From: a virus
Lineage: Duplodnaviria; Caudoviricetes
Reading direction: 5' to 3' (one strand)
DNA: 64,000 nucleotides
IMG/VR virus record: IMGVR_UViG_2706795367_000001
Coordinates: 46,765-110,764 of that record
Positions 28,284 to 37,968 of this stretch are shown here, piece after piece. Position numbers and translations under genes: made by a program. Each line of letters starts with the position of its first letter. Positions within the stretch are counted from its first letter, which is position 1. The notes under the pieces were generated by a model that saw only the letters and a list, made by a program, of their open reading frames with translations, was not told the origin of the DNA and made no database searches.

Positions 28284-29696
28284 ATAGACGGATTCCTTTC
28301 CCGGATTGAGCCGAAGAAAGAACCCTCTCCGCGGCCGACCGGGCCAGTAACCCTACCCAATGATGCTTATACCAAGAGCGCTGTTGAAAGTGAGTTGAGA
28401 GACCTCGCCTTCGTGGGGGAGGGCGGGCGCAACTCCGCCCTCAACAATGCGGCGCTGAAACTCGGCCGCTTACCTATTGACAGGGACACCCTCCGAAATC
28501 TGCTGATCGACGCCTGCCATTCCAATGGGCTGGTCGACCAGGACGGGCTCAACTCGGTCGAAGCGACGATCGACTCCGCCTTCGGCAAGGCTGATAGGGA
28601 TGGGCCGCGGATGATCCCCGAGCGGCCCGATAAGCCCTCCCCGGTATCAAAACCCTCGGAGTCGGTGAAAGTCTCCGAGGATTCGCCCGAGCCCGCGGAT
28701 AACCCGTTCGGTGACTTCCCGCCGATCGATGCGGCGGAGTGGATGTTCGACGAGGACGACGCCCCGGTACAACTCTGGGGCACCGACGACCAGATCCTCT
28801 GGGCAGAAGGTGAAGCCCTGATGATCTGCGGTGGCATGGGGCTCGGCAAATCCACCCTCGCCGGCCAACTCCTGCGGGCACAACTGGGCCTGCGCGAGAA
28901 GGTCCTCGACCTTCCGGTGATGCCGGTTGACAGGCCGATCCTCTACCTGGCCATGGACCGACCTCGGCAGTTGAGGCGCGCGCTCAGGCGCCAATTCAGC
29001 GAAGAGGAGCGTGAGCAGATCGCCGGGCGCCTCCTCGTTCGCCCGGGGCCGCCGATCATGGACATGGCAATCGATCCCTCGCTGCTGGCCCGAATGGCAG
29101 AAGCTGCCGGTGCTGGTGTGGTGTACGTCGATTCACTGAAGGACGCCGTGGTCGGACTCTCGGCCGATGAGGCTGCAGCAAACTACAACAGGGCACGCCA
29201 GAGGCTTTTGGCGATGGGCGTGGAAGTATGTGAGCTCCACCACACCCGCAAGCCCTCCCAGGAGGCGGCGGGCGGCATCTCCTCGGTCTACGGCTCCACC
29301 TGGATCACCAGCGGTGCCGGATCAGTCATCCTACTTACGGGCGAGCCGGGCGATCTGGTGGTGCGATTCCGCCACGTCAAAACCCCAGCTAACGAGGTCG
29401 GGCCCTGGCATCTTCACCTCGATCCCGAGGCGGGCGAGTTCACCGTCCAGAGTTGCGACCTTCTCGTATCGGCGAGGAATGCCGGATTCGAGGGGCTGTC
29501 CGCAGAGGATGCGGCCAAGGACCTCTACGACACCCGCAGGCCGACGGCGAGTGAGAAGAAGAAGGCTGAGCGTCAACTCGGAAATCTGGAAGCCAAGGGG
29601 CTTTTGAGGCGCGTCGAGGGCCGCGGCGGGCCCGTCTGGTTCCCGGTCGAAACCCGGCTCGAGGAGCCTCCTAAGACAATGAACGGAATGTTCTGA
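28284..29696 (+). CDS. primase C-terminal domain + AAA (RepA/SF4-like) helicase
   Basis: GGRNSALN, Walker A GGMGLGKST, Walker B VYVDSL, HHTRK; frame open to ATA at 28284 behind GGAGG (first canonical start TTG 28395). Confidence 0.85.
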   Translation: MDGFLSRIEPKKEPSPRPTGPVTLPNDAYTKSAVESELRDLAFVGEGGRNSALNNAALKLGRLPIDRDTLRNLLIDACHSNGLVDQDGLNSVEATIDSAFGKADRDGPRMIPERPDKPSPVSKPSESVKVSEDSPEPADNPFGDFPPIDAAEWMFDEDDAPVQLWGTDDQILWAEGEALMICGGMGLGKSTLAGQLLRAQLGLREKVLDLPVMPVDRPILYLAMDRPRQLRRALRRQFSEEEREQIAGRLLVRPGPPIMDMAIDPSLLARMAEAAGAGVVYVDSLKDAVVGLSADEAAANYNRARQRLLAMGVEVCELHHTRKPSQEAAGGISSVYGSTWITSGAGSVILLTGEPGDLVVRFRHVKTPANEVGPWHLHLDPEAGEFTVQSCDLLVSARNAGFEGLSAEDAAKDLYDTRRPTASEKKKAERQLGNLEAKGLLRRVEGRGGPVWFPVETRLEEPPKTMNGMF

Positions 29697-30283
29697 TGGA
29701 GTCATGCTGGCATTGCAATAGGGATGTGCATGAGGCCCCGCTAACCGAGCGAGTGGCGAAAATGTACGACAGACACTCTTTCGATCTGGAGTATTCGGCC
29801 GAGGAAGATGATTCCCCGATTATCTGTTTGGGGTCGGGCGCGATAGGTCCGGCGCGGCCAAGGACGTGGAGTAACTCCACATGGCAGACTGTCGGCTACA
29901 CCATGGCGGACCTTGCCGTAATCCAAGAAGCCTCGTACGTGTCCGGGGTGTATCTCTCGCAGTTCGTAGATGGTCTCAAAAAGTTCATCTACGAATTCAA
30001 GGTTCAGCCGGTCGCCCAGTGGCACATAACAGCATGGGACGAGGCTTGGAACTTTCTTGGCACCGTGTCCGAGGAGCCGAAAAAGTGCGAACTCCCCGAC
30101 GACGTCCCGGAGATCGAGTTCGGCCCTAAAAACTGGGTGAAATCGGAGAGCTATCCAGTGTCGTACCCAATGGCGCTGCCAAAAACGGGCTGGCACGACA
30201 TTCCTTTGCCAGAACTTCCCAAAACCGACTACAAGGAGCTCGGCGAGAAGCTGAGCAAGAAATTGACATGGAGTTTCAAATGA
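29696..30283 (+). CDS. hypothetical protein
   Basis: TGATG overlap. Confidence 0.7.
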   Translation: MESCWHCNRDVHEAPLTERVAKMYDRHSFDLEYSAEEDDSPIICLGSGAIGPARPRTWSNSTWQTVGYTMADLAVIQEASYVSGVYLSQFVDGLKKFIYEFKVQPVAQWHITAWDEAWNFLGTVSEEPKKCELPDDVPEIEFGPKNWVKSESYPVSYPMALPKTGWHDIPLPELPKTDYKELGEKLSKKLTWSFK

Positions 30284-30603
30284 AAACCTCGGAACTGGTG
30301 GCCCAGGCGCGCGACGAGATCTACCAGGGCTGGACGCAGAACAGCTACCGCAATGATCAGGGCGTGTGCATCCTCGGCGCCCTCGACCGGGTGGCGCTGC
30401 ACAACCTCCACCTCGATACGGAGGAGACGGTGAAGGCCCGCGCCAAGGCTGAGGCGGAAATCAAGAAGATGGCCGAGGAGCTTTTCCCGGACGTCTGGAG
30501 CGGTGATATCCCGGCGCTCAACGACCGCCCCGACACCACCAAGGACGACGTCTTGAACCTTCTGGACAAGACGACGATCGGCCTGGAGGAGCGGGGGGAA
30601 TGA
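30280..30603 (+). CDS. hypothetical protein
   Basis: GWTQ...CILGAL...ND motif. Confidence 0.75.
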   Translation: MKTSELVAQARDEIYQGWTQNSYRNDQGVCILGALDRVALHNLHLDTEETVKARAKAEAEIKKMAEELFPDVWSGDIPALNDRPDTTKDDVLNLLDKTTIGLEERGE

Positions 30604-30863
30604 CCCCCCGCATCGGCAGCCGCCGCTGGATAGCGTGGAAACTCGTCCAGCTGGCGGCGCGCATCCACTACGCCGAGTATTACGAGCGAATCTATGTCAC
30701 AGATCCCGCGGGGCAGGAGGTGGTTGAGGCCGTCGTAATAGGCGATCCATACGGGTGCGGGATTTTTAGCACATCCGGCGGGCTACTTCCGGGCGGGGCG
30801 CGTGCGTTGCCCGACGGCTCCACCATCCATTGGGACGACGACTACCAACCGGACTGGCTATGA
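30600..30863 (+). CDS. hypothetical protein
   Basis: Paralog of 42624..42845. Confidence 0.7.
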   Translation: MTPRIGSRRWIAWKLVQLAARIHYAEYYERIYVTDPAGQEVVEAVVIGDPYGCGIFSTSGGLLPGGARALPDGSTIHWDDDYQPDWL

Positions 30864-31348
30864 CCACCACCCAGCATAAGCACAACCTGAAACGCTGGAT
30901 GATGCGGGCCCACGCCATCGAGGGAAAAGTCTTTTGCGGCGAGTGCGGAATAGAACTCACCCAGGAGACGGTGACAATAGGCCACTGGCCTGTCCCCGCC
31001 TACCTCGGTGGAACATGGACCCGCAACAACGTCCGGCCGGAATGCTTCGAATGCAACAGCGCGGAGGGCAGCGCTATGTCGCAGCTGCCCGCCAAGCTTG
31101 TATGGGAAATCATCTACGAGCGGGCCACCGGCTTCGTCTACCTCGAAAAGATGAAGCGCCTGCGACTACAGCCCATCAGGGTGTCCCCCAATTTCGGGAA
31201 AGTCCATCGCAGGGCGGTGCGCGCCGGCAAGAAGTGGGTCCACCACCCGCGCAATACCCCCAACCGCCCGCGGATGTGGCGGATATCCAACTTTGGAGAA
31301 AACCGTGAGCAAACAGCAGAAACTCAAGGTGACCCTGTATTCCAGTGA
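30860..31348 (+). CDS. HNH endonuclease
   Basis: CGEC...TIGH..P...GG....NVRPECFECN. Confidence 0.8.
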   Translation: MTTTQHKHNLKRWMMRAHAIEGKVFCGECGIELTQETVTIGHWPVPAYLGGTWTRNNVRPECFECNSAEGSAMSQLPAKLVWEIIYERATGFVYLEKMKRLRLQPIRVSPNFGKVHRRAVRAGKKWVHHPRNTPNRPRMWRISNFGENREQTAETQGDPVFQ

Positions 31349-31682
31349 TAATGGAATTCGGAGCGCCATACGCCAGGCCTTCAGTGGCGCGGGCTACGAC
31401 CTGCTCGAGATCACAGATGCCTCCAAGGCCCCCCGAGTGGATCTCAACGAGCAGCAGCAGCCGGGGACGATCGGCCGCCTCACCCTGCCCGAACGCGTAG
31501 ACGCTGTGGTCACGAAGACTGGGTTAAATGCGCGGGTCGAAGGCTTAGCGGCATCGTTGGCCCTTCGTCAGGGCCGAAACGATGTCTACTGCTACGTGAT
31601 CCCGGAGGCGTTGGACGCGTTGAGGACCAAACTCGACCGGCTTGGAGAACTCGTGCTCGTGGGCGGCGACCAAGCAAAATGA
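31305..31682 (+). CDS. hypothetical protein
   Basis: GGAG RBS, GTG start. Confidence 0.65.
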   Translation: MSKQQKLKVTLYSSDNGIRSAIRQAFSGAGYDLLEITDASKAPRVDLNEQQQPGTIGRLTLPERVDAVVTKTGLNARVEGLAASLALRQGRNDVYCYVIPEALDALRTKLDRLGELVLVGGDQAK

Positions 31683-31915
31683 CGCTCTATGTCGACTTCC
31701 GGGTGAACAGCAGGCCCATTGCCAACCTCGCCATCTCCCGAGTCAAGGGTTGCGCCGCGCCCGACTCCCTGAACACCTACACATGGCACTACACCGAGCC
31801 CGGCACCGACGAGGTTGACCGCGGCGATATCCAACACCGATATGGGGATGGCGCCCCGGCCCTGGTGGAAAAAATCTGCGCCCAGTTGCGGGCGCGGGGG
31901 ATTGGAGTCCAGTGA
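31679..31915 (+). CDS. hypothetical protein
   Basis: ATGA overlap. Confidence 0.7.
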   Translation: MTLYVDFRVNSRPIANLAISRVKGCAAPDSLNTYTWHYTEPGTDEVDRGDIQHRYGDGAPALVEKICAQLRARGIGVQ

Positions 31916-32100
31916 TTACCCTTCTCTGGATATATCTATCCTTCGGAATCATCTCAGGCGTCTTCATAGGGAGCGCCTATTTTCTTGAGCACCCCAATAA
32001 AGAGGGCGCGCTCGAGTCTTTAGCCATTGCCCTGGTCGCCACCGCCACTTGGCCATGGGTCGCCTGGATCGCCATCGGCGATCTTCTCAAACTTCGATAA
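31912..32100 (+). CDS. small membrane protein
   Basis: Two TM segments. Confidence 0.65.
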   Translation: MITLLWIYLSFGIISGVFIGSAYFLEHPNKEGALESLAIALVATATWPWVAWIAIGDLLKLR

Positions 32101-32111
32101 CGGAGAAAGCC

Positions 32112-33434
32112 TTGAAATTCGATCCGCCCGCCAACAGCAACTACGCCTGCATGGTTGTGAAGATCCCCGCGACCATTACCCTGCCGGGGTTGGACAATTT
32201 GGTTGGGGTTCCAGTTTTGGGCCACCAGGCGCTCACCCAGAAGGATAAACAGGCCGGCGAGCTGGCCTTGGCGTTCACTGCCGAGATTCAACTCTCCGAG
32301 GAGTACGCCGCGTACAACAATCTGTTCCGCGACCCCTCCCTGAACCGCGACCAGGCCGAGAAGGGTTATCTTGAGGCCAATCGCCGGATCAGAGCGCTTA
32401 AGCTCCGCGGCCATCGCAGCGACGCCCTTTTGATGCCGCTGGAGTCCATCGCCTACACGGGCGTGGACATTTCCCAGCTGCAAGAGGGTGACGTTTTCGA
32501 CGTCGTCAACGGACATGAGATCTGCCGCAAGTACGTCCTCCCGGTGAAGCGGCAGCCGCAGGCCAAGTCCAAGGTGGAGAAGGCCTTCAAGCGTGTAGAC
32601 ACCAAACTCTTCCCCGAGCACATCAGCACCGATCAGTTCCATCGCAACAAGCATCTGCTGCGCCCCGGCCGGGAGATTGTGATCACGCAGAAATTGCACG
32701 GCTCGAGCTCGAGGGTGGGGCGAGTGCCCTGCCTGCGCCAGAAGGGCCGTGTTGAGCGATTCCTGAACCGCTGGTTCCCGACGCCGGACTACGCCTTTGA
32801 TGCCGTCTACGGCTCTCGAAAGGTGATCAAAGATCCAGGCGACGCCAACAAACAGCATTTCTACGACTTTGACCTCTGGTCGTGGTACGGCGAGAAGATT
32901 GCCGACCTTGTGCCTGAAGGCTACTTGGTGTACGGGGAGATCATCGGCTACCTGCCGGGCACTGAAACCCCGATCCAGAAGAACTACACCTACAACCTCC
33001 CTGTCGGGGAATGCGAGCTCTACGTCTACCGGGTGGCCACCATCAACACCCAGGGAACCCTTGCGGATCTTCCTTGGGACGCGGTGAAGGAATTCTGCCT
33101 CGCCCGTGGGTTGAAGTGGACCCCGGAGATGGGTCGCGTCTCCTTCGGGCCCGGGCAACCGTGGACCGCCGAGGACCTTGAGCAGTATGTCAACGACATG
33201 ATGGATATGCGCTACGCCGACCACTACGACGAGCACATTGGCGAGTCCGAGGAGTTGGCCGCGATCTTTGATCGACCCGTCCCATTGTCCGATAAGAAGA
33301 CGGTGGACGAGGGCGTGGTGCTGCGCCAAGAGGGCATCGTCCCCGTTTTGCTAAAGGCTAAGGCTCCGGCGTTCCTTCTTCATGAAACGAAGCTCCTTGA
33401 CGCCGAAGAGCAAGACATCGAATCCGCCGCATAG
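32112..33434 (+). CDS. rnl: RNA ligase (nucleotidyltransferase, N-terminal OB-like domain)
   Basis: Motif I TQKLHGSS, III YGEIIG, IV DEGVVL, V LKAK; KLRGHRS in N-terminal domain; GGAG + TTG start. Confidence 0.88.
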   Translation: MKFDPPANSNYACMVVKIPATITLPGLDNLVGVPVLGHQALTQKDKQAGELALAFTAEIQLSEEYAAYNNLFRDPSLNRDQAEKGYLEANRRIRALKLRGHRSDALLMPLESIAYTGVDISQLQEGDVFDVVNGHEICRKYVLPVKRQPQAKSKVEKAFKRVDTKLFPEHISTDQFHRNKHLLRPGREIVITQKLHGSSSRVGRVPCLRQKGRVERFLNRWFPTPDYAFDAVYGSRKVIKDPGDANKQHFYDFDLWSWYGEKIADLVPEGYLVYGEIIGYLPGTETPIQKNYTYNLPVGECELYVYRVATINTQGTLADLPWDAVKEFCLARGLKWTPEMGRVSFGPGQPWTAEDLEQYVNDMMDMRYADHYDEHIGESEELAAIFDRPVPLSDKKTVDEGVVLRQEGIVPVLLKAKAPAFLLHETKLLDAEEQDIESAA

Positions 33435-33443
33435 GAGTTTTGA

Positions 33444-34154
33444 TTGAACGACTGGGACGAGGCCCGCAAAAAGAGCCTGGAACTCCAAAAGCTGGAACTC
33501 GACGTTGAGAACGCCAAGCTGGATCTCCGCCGGCTCGCCGCGGAGGCGGAGGAGAAAGAGCACCAGGCGGCGCTGGCCGCCATCCGACTGCGAGAGGCCG
33601 AGGCGGCAGAGACTGAGCGGGACTGCTCGGACGCCGCCAACTACACCTACCGGTTCGCCGACGAGGTGGATGACGACTCGATCTTCGCTTTGATGGACAC
33701 GGTGAATTCGTGGCACCGCGCCGATGCGGAGTCGAAATGGAACCTCATCATCGACTCACCGGGTGGGTATTGCAATTCGGGCTTTCACGCCATCGACCAG
33801 CTGATCGAGTATTCCGCGTGGGGCGGCGGCTCCCACTACATCACCATGACAGTGAGGGGCATGGCCGCCTCCATGGGTGGAATCATTCTCCAGGCCGCGG
33901 ATGAGAGGGTTATGGGAAGAAACGCCCAGATCCTTATCCATCCCATCTCGTCGGGGCTATACGGCGGCAGGGGCGAACTCCATGACTACATGGGTCGCAT
34001 TGAGATGCTCACCGCGCAGGCCGAGAAACTCTTCAAGCACCGCGCAGGGAAGAAGCTTCCCAGGAAGAAACTTAAAAACGCGCTTATGCATAAGAACTGG
34101 TGGATCGGTGCTGAAGAGGCGCTGGAGTACGCCCTCGTAGACAGGATTGGATAA
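33444..34154 (+). CDS. clpP: ClpP-like protease
   Basis: IDSPGG, GMAASMG, LIHP, WIGAEEALEYALVD. Confidence 0.88.
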   Translation: MNDWDEARKKSLELQKLELDVENAKLDLRRLAAEAEEKEHQAALAAIRLREAEAAETERDCSDAANYTYRFADEVDDDSIFALMDTVNSWHRADAESKWNLIIDSPGGYCNSGFHAIDQLIEYSAWGGGSHYITMTVRGMAASMGGIILQAADERVMGRNAQILIHPISSGLYGGRGELHDYMGRIEMLTAQAEKLFKHRAGKKLPRKKLKNALMHKNWWIGAEEALEYALVDRIG

Positions 34155-34690
34155 TGAGTCGTCAAATAGTCGTGGTGGACACGGAGGCCGGGGGGCTCGG
34201 TCCCAACGCTCCGGTGTTGGAGATCGCAGCGGTCAATGTCGAGACCGGGGAGGAATTTCGTGTCGTCCCGTTCCTCACGGCGGCGCAACTCTCCTCCTGC
34301 GAACCCGAGGCGCTCGCCATCAATCGATTCTATGAGCGCCGGGTGTTCGCGGACATGCTAGAGAACGCCGGGGGGAATAAGAACGCTTTCGGCTGGCTGC
34401 GCAGCATGCTTGACGGAAATGTGTTCGCAGGCTCAAACCCGGCATTTGACGCGCCGCTAATCGCCAAACTGTTGAACGGCGAGCCGTGGCATCATCGCAA
34501 ACTTGCGCTGGAATCGTATGCGGCAGGCGTGCTGGGCCTGCCCCTCGACGAGCTCCCGGGCCTGAATACTGTGTGCGAACTCCTCGGGGTAGTGAACGAA
34601 GAGGCGCATTCCGCACTGGGGGATGCGCGTGCCACGGCCGCGTGCTTCCGGATTCTGCAGGCCCTGGCCAAGCAGAATCGGGCGCGATGA
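34154..34690 (+). CDS. DnaQ-like 3'-5' exonuclease (DEDDh)
   Basis: VVDTE, NPAFD, HSALGDA. Confidence 0.9.
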   Translation: MSRQIVVVDTEAGGLGPNAPVLEIAAVNVETGEEFRVVPFLTAAQLSSCEPEALAINRFYERRVFADMLENAGGNKNAFGWLRSMLDGNVFAGSNPAFDAPLIAKLLNGEPWHHRKLALESYAAGVLGLPLDELPGLNTVCELLGVVNEEAHSALGDARATAACFRILQALAKQNRAR

Positions 34691-34953
34691 CCGACTACCG
34701 CACGGGGCTCTCCATCGCCCCGGTGAATGATGACCTTGGCAGCATCTATGACGCCATCTTCTACGGCGGCCGAGAGGTCGGGGCAATTACGGATTGGCGG
34801 TACGAGCCTGAGCCTAATTGGTACATGCCAGACGCGCGGCGGAGCCCGAGGGCGGTAATCGCGCTGACGATTCAGTTGACACCCCGGGCCGCCGCCCCCA
34901 AGCCCAAGCGCCGGACATACACAGAAGCCTATGGATTGAGGAGGCCGCGGTGA
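34687..34953 (+). CDS. hypothetical protein
   Basis: ATGA overlap. Confidence 0.65.
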   Translation: MTDYRTGLSIAPVNDDLGSIYDAIFYGGREVGAITDWRYEPEPNWYMPDARRSPRAVIALTIQLTPRAAAPKPKRRTYTEAYGLRRPR

Positions 34954-35141
34954 CTTACGAGCCCACTTACCGCTACTACGCCCTCGAATGTGACGCGTGC
35001 AAGAAAATCGTGGGCATGAACACCGATGGTCAACTTCCCTCGCGGGGGTTGACCATCTGCGTGGACTGCTGGACGAACCCCGGCGACCTTCCGGAGTATT
35101 TGCGCTCCACCCTTCGATACGACCAGGCGGGGAAGCTGTGA
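34950..35141 (+). CDS. small Zn-binding protein
   Basis: CDAC...CVDC. Confidence 0.6.
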   Translation: MTYEPTYRYYALECDACKKIVGMNTDGQLPSRGLTICVDCWTNPGDLPEYLRSTLRYDQAGKL

Positions 35142-35437
35142 CGCAGGCCCTGAAGACCCGCGGCGCTATCAACCGCATCCAGCCTCGGGCCACCAAAGAA
35201 CAGGTCGAGGGCACCCCCCTTTATGCGGAGGCGAATCTCTACGAAGTGGGCGCCGTCATTTTGGACGCGAACGGGGTGGCCTGGCAGCGGGATATCGAAA
35301 ACCTCACCACCGAGTATCTCAACCTCGACCGTGGCAAGACCTACTGGTGGAAGGTAGGCTCTGACGACGACTCGCTGACATCCATGGACATTCCCCTGCC
35401 CGCCGTCCTCTTGAGCCCCGGAGTGAACAGTGACTGA
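35138..35437 (+). CDS. hypothetical protein
   Basis: GTGA overlap. Confidence 0.65.
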   Translation: MTQALKTRGAINRIQPRATKEQVEGTPLYAEANLYEVGAVILDANGVAWQRDIENLTTEYLNLDRGKTYWWKVGSDDDSLTSMDIPLPAVLLSPGVNSD

Positions 35438-35837
35438 CGAACTCATCTCCCGAGCGGAGCAGTCCCTAGAGGGTGTAACAGAGGGTCCGTGGGAGGTCGC
35501 CGAGGAGATCGACGGATGGCGCGCGGGCCGACCGACCGTGATTCGGGCGCGCAACCCCAATCCAGGCTGGGAATACCTTCGCGTGGTAACCGTCGGCCAG
35601 ACGCGCCCCCACTTCGGAACAATGAGGGGCACCAAAGGGCAGGACGAGGCGAACGTGGCATTCATCGCCGCAGCGCGCTCCCTCGTTCCCGAACTCCTAG
35701 AAGCCCTCAAAGAGGCTCGAAATGAGGTCCAGTACCTCCGAGGCTATATAGCGGGCCAGGATGGCGGCGGGCCCGACGACGAGTCCCTGTGGAGTATGTG
35801 GCCGGTCCGGAAAGACGTCGAACGACCACATTCATAA
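35430..35837 (+). CDS. Ead/Ea22-like protein
   Basis: TEGPW...ANVAFIAAARSLVPELL. Confidence 0.65.
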   Translation: MTDELISRAEQSLEGVTEGPWEVAEEIDGWRAGRPTVIRARNPNPGWEYLRVVTVGQTRPHFGTMRGTKGQDEANVAFIAAARSLVPELLEALKEARNEVQYLRGYIAGQDGGGPDDESLWSMWPVRKDVERPHS

Positions 35838-36377
35838 ATGTCGTCGAACGACAACAAAGGGGTTGGGTTGGGCGAGGTCAGATACGGAAAAGATGAAGAA
35901 CTAGAAGCCCTCGCCAACGAATGGTTATCCAAAGGGGTGGGGGAGAACGAGCGCTCCGACCAGCGGGCCAAGGAGAAGCTTCTCTACGAGTTCGGCGCCC
36001 TCACTGAAGACGACCTCGAACTCTACGACCCCTCCAACGACTGGGACACCCAGGACTCGGCCTTCTCGCTGATGGTCAGCCCGCGCGACCTCGAAGCCCT
36101 AGAACCGTCCATCTGCACCGACGACAACAGCCGGGCCCGCAATCAGCGGATGCGGGAGCGCCGGGCCCTTATGCGCCACGTCAACGACACGGATGCCTGG
36201 GGGCCGGCGGCCGAGGACCCCATTCCGTCGCTCGGCGAGAATGAAGAGGCCGAGCGCAAGGTTTGCACCAAGTGCAAGAGGCTCAAGAGGGTGGAGTTTT
36301 TCTATGCCCAGCCGCGCAATAAGGATGGATATTCATCCTGGTGCAAGTCATGCCAGAAAAGTATAAATAAGCGGTAA
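35838..36377 (+). CDS. hypothetical protein with C-terminal zinc finger
   Basis: KVCTKC...F....DGYSSWCKSC. Confidence 0.7.
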   Translation: MSSNDNKGVGLGEVRYGKDEELEALANEWLSKGVGENERSDQRAKEKLLYEFGALTEDDLELYDPSNDWDTQDSAFSLMVSPRDLEALEPSICTDDNSRARNQRMRERRALMRHVNDTDAWGPAAEDPIPSLGENEEAERKVCTKCKRLKRVEFFYAQPRNKDGYSSWCKSCQKSINKR

Positions 36378-36445
36378 ACGCGCACATCTCGAGCATAGGC
36401 CTTGAACTGGGATTTTCTCATCCATCCTGGGGATATGCCGATCTA

Positions 36446-36660
36446 GCCGCCCTGGCGAGTGTGAGGAAGACTTTTCATACTCCTAACGGGGCGGCCGGAG
36501 AACCCCGCGTGCTGCGCCTATCGCGCCGTAAAGCCAAACAACCGGCAAGTCTAGAAACTCGATCGCTGCTCCCTACGGGTTAGAGCGGCGATCCGGCCGG
36601 CCCACTGGCCCCGTAGCGCGCGCGGGGGAGAGCAACCGTGGGCCGGCCCCCTTCTTTCTT
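36446..36660 (+). ncRNA. putative structured non-coding RNA / attenuator
   Basis: Three long hairpins in a ~300-nt ORF-free gap, ending in a pyrimidine tract. Confidence 0.45.
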
Positions 36661-36830
36661 AGGTGGTCGCCAATGAGGGTTGATTTAGCCTGCGCCGAAT
36701 GCGGTGCCGAATGCCCACCGTGGCTGGGCGCCGCTCATAAATGCCCGCCGCAGGGATGGAACCTGGCGCAATATCAGGTCAACTATCTCCGCAATGGGCG
36801 GGACACCGGTCCACGCGTTTGGCCGGTGTC

Positions 36831-37076
36831 ATGAACGCGCGGGAAAAGTGGATCTCCATCGTGGCGGACATCCTCGAATACGAACTCACCTGTGAAACCG
36901 ATCAGTTGCTCAGCTGCGAGGCGGACAGGTGGATCGAGGCCCACCCGGTATTGGCGCGCACGGCCATCCTCACCGTCGGTATAGCGCTCACGCTGCACGT
37001 GGCGAACGCTATCCCGCCCAAGTGGGATGTCATCTCCAAGGGTTTTTTCCTTTGGGGTCAGCTCCGCAATTCTTAA
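36831..37076 (+). CDS. hypothetical protein (one TM)
   Basis: YEL...LLS..ADRW...HP motif. Confidence 0.7.
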   Translation: MNAREKWISIVADILEYELTCETDQLLSCEADRWIEAHPVLARTAILTVGIALTLHVANAIPPKWDVISKGFFLWGQLRNS

Positions 37077-37102
37077 TCACCGCCAAACTCCAGGGGAACA
37101 GA

Positions 37103-37945
37103 GTGGCACCTCTCAAGCATGTCGTCATGTTCTCGGGTGGCGTCGGTTCGTGGGCAACCGCTAAGCGTGTTGCCGAACTGTATGGCACCGACAATCTCAC
37201 CCTCCTTTTCGCCGACGTGGGCGGCAAGCACACCTCCCCCCATGCGGGGGAGGACGAAGACTGCTACCGCTTCATCGAGGACGCCCACAGGAACGTGGGT
37301 GGCGAGCTGGTAATCCTCAATGAGGGCCGGGACATCTGGGAGGTGTTCCGGGATAACCGTTTCCTCGGCAACTCGAGGCTCGCGAATTGCAGCAAATTCC
37401 TGAAGCAGCAGCCCTGCCGGGAGTGGCTCGACGCCAACTGCGACCCGGAGAACACCGCGGTCTACGTCGGTATCGACTGGTCGGAGACGCACCGCATTCC
37501 CGCCATCGAGAAAGCCTACCTGCCGTACGCGGCGTTCTGTCCCATGACGGAGCCCCCGTACCTCGGCAAAGAGGAAATGCTCGAATGGTGCCGCGAGGAG
37601 GGGCTGGAGCCCCCCCGGATGTACGCGGCCGGATTCCCGCACGCGAATTGCGGCGGGGGGTGCGTAAGGGCGGGCCATGGTCAGTTCAAATTGCTCTTTG
37701 AACAAAACCCTGAGCGCTTCGCCTACTGGGAGCAGAAGGAGCAGGAGCTCCGCGACTACCTGGAGAAGGATGTCGCAATTCTGCGCGATCGCAGCGGGGG
37801 TAAAAGCACCCCGCTGCCGCTGAGCGTGTTCCGCAGGCGCCTGGAGGGCGAACCGGAACTCGTGGACGCTGACGATATCGGCGGATGTGGGTGTTTCGTG
37901 GATGAGCCCGCGAACTTCCCGACGCAGATGGAACTTGACCTTTAA
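37103..37945 (+). CDS. PP-loop / PAPS-reductase-like adenine nucleotide alpha-hydrolase
   Basis: VVMFSGGVGS, CSKFLK, GID..E..R, HANCGGGCVR. Confidence 0.8.
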   Translation: MAPLKHVVMFSGGVGSWATAKRVAELYGTDNLTLLFADVGGKHTSPHAGEDEDCYRFIEDAHRNVGGELVILNEGRDIWEVFRDNRFLGNSRLANCSKFLKQQPCREWLDANCDPENTAVYVGIDWSETHRIPAIEKAYLPYAAFCPMTEPPYLGKEEMLEWCREEGLEPPRMYAAGFPHANCGGGCVRAGHGQFKLLFEQNPERFAYWEQKEQELRDYLEKDVAILRDRSGGKSTPLPLSVFRRRLEGEPELVDADDIGGCGCFVDEPANFPTQMELDL

Positions 37946-37968
37946 TCGCCAAACAAAGGGGAACTTGA

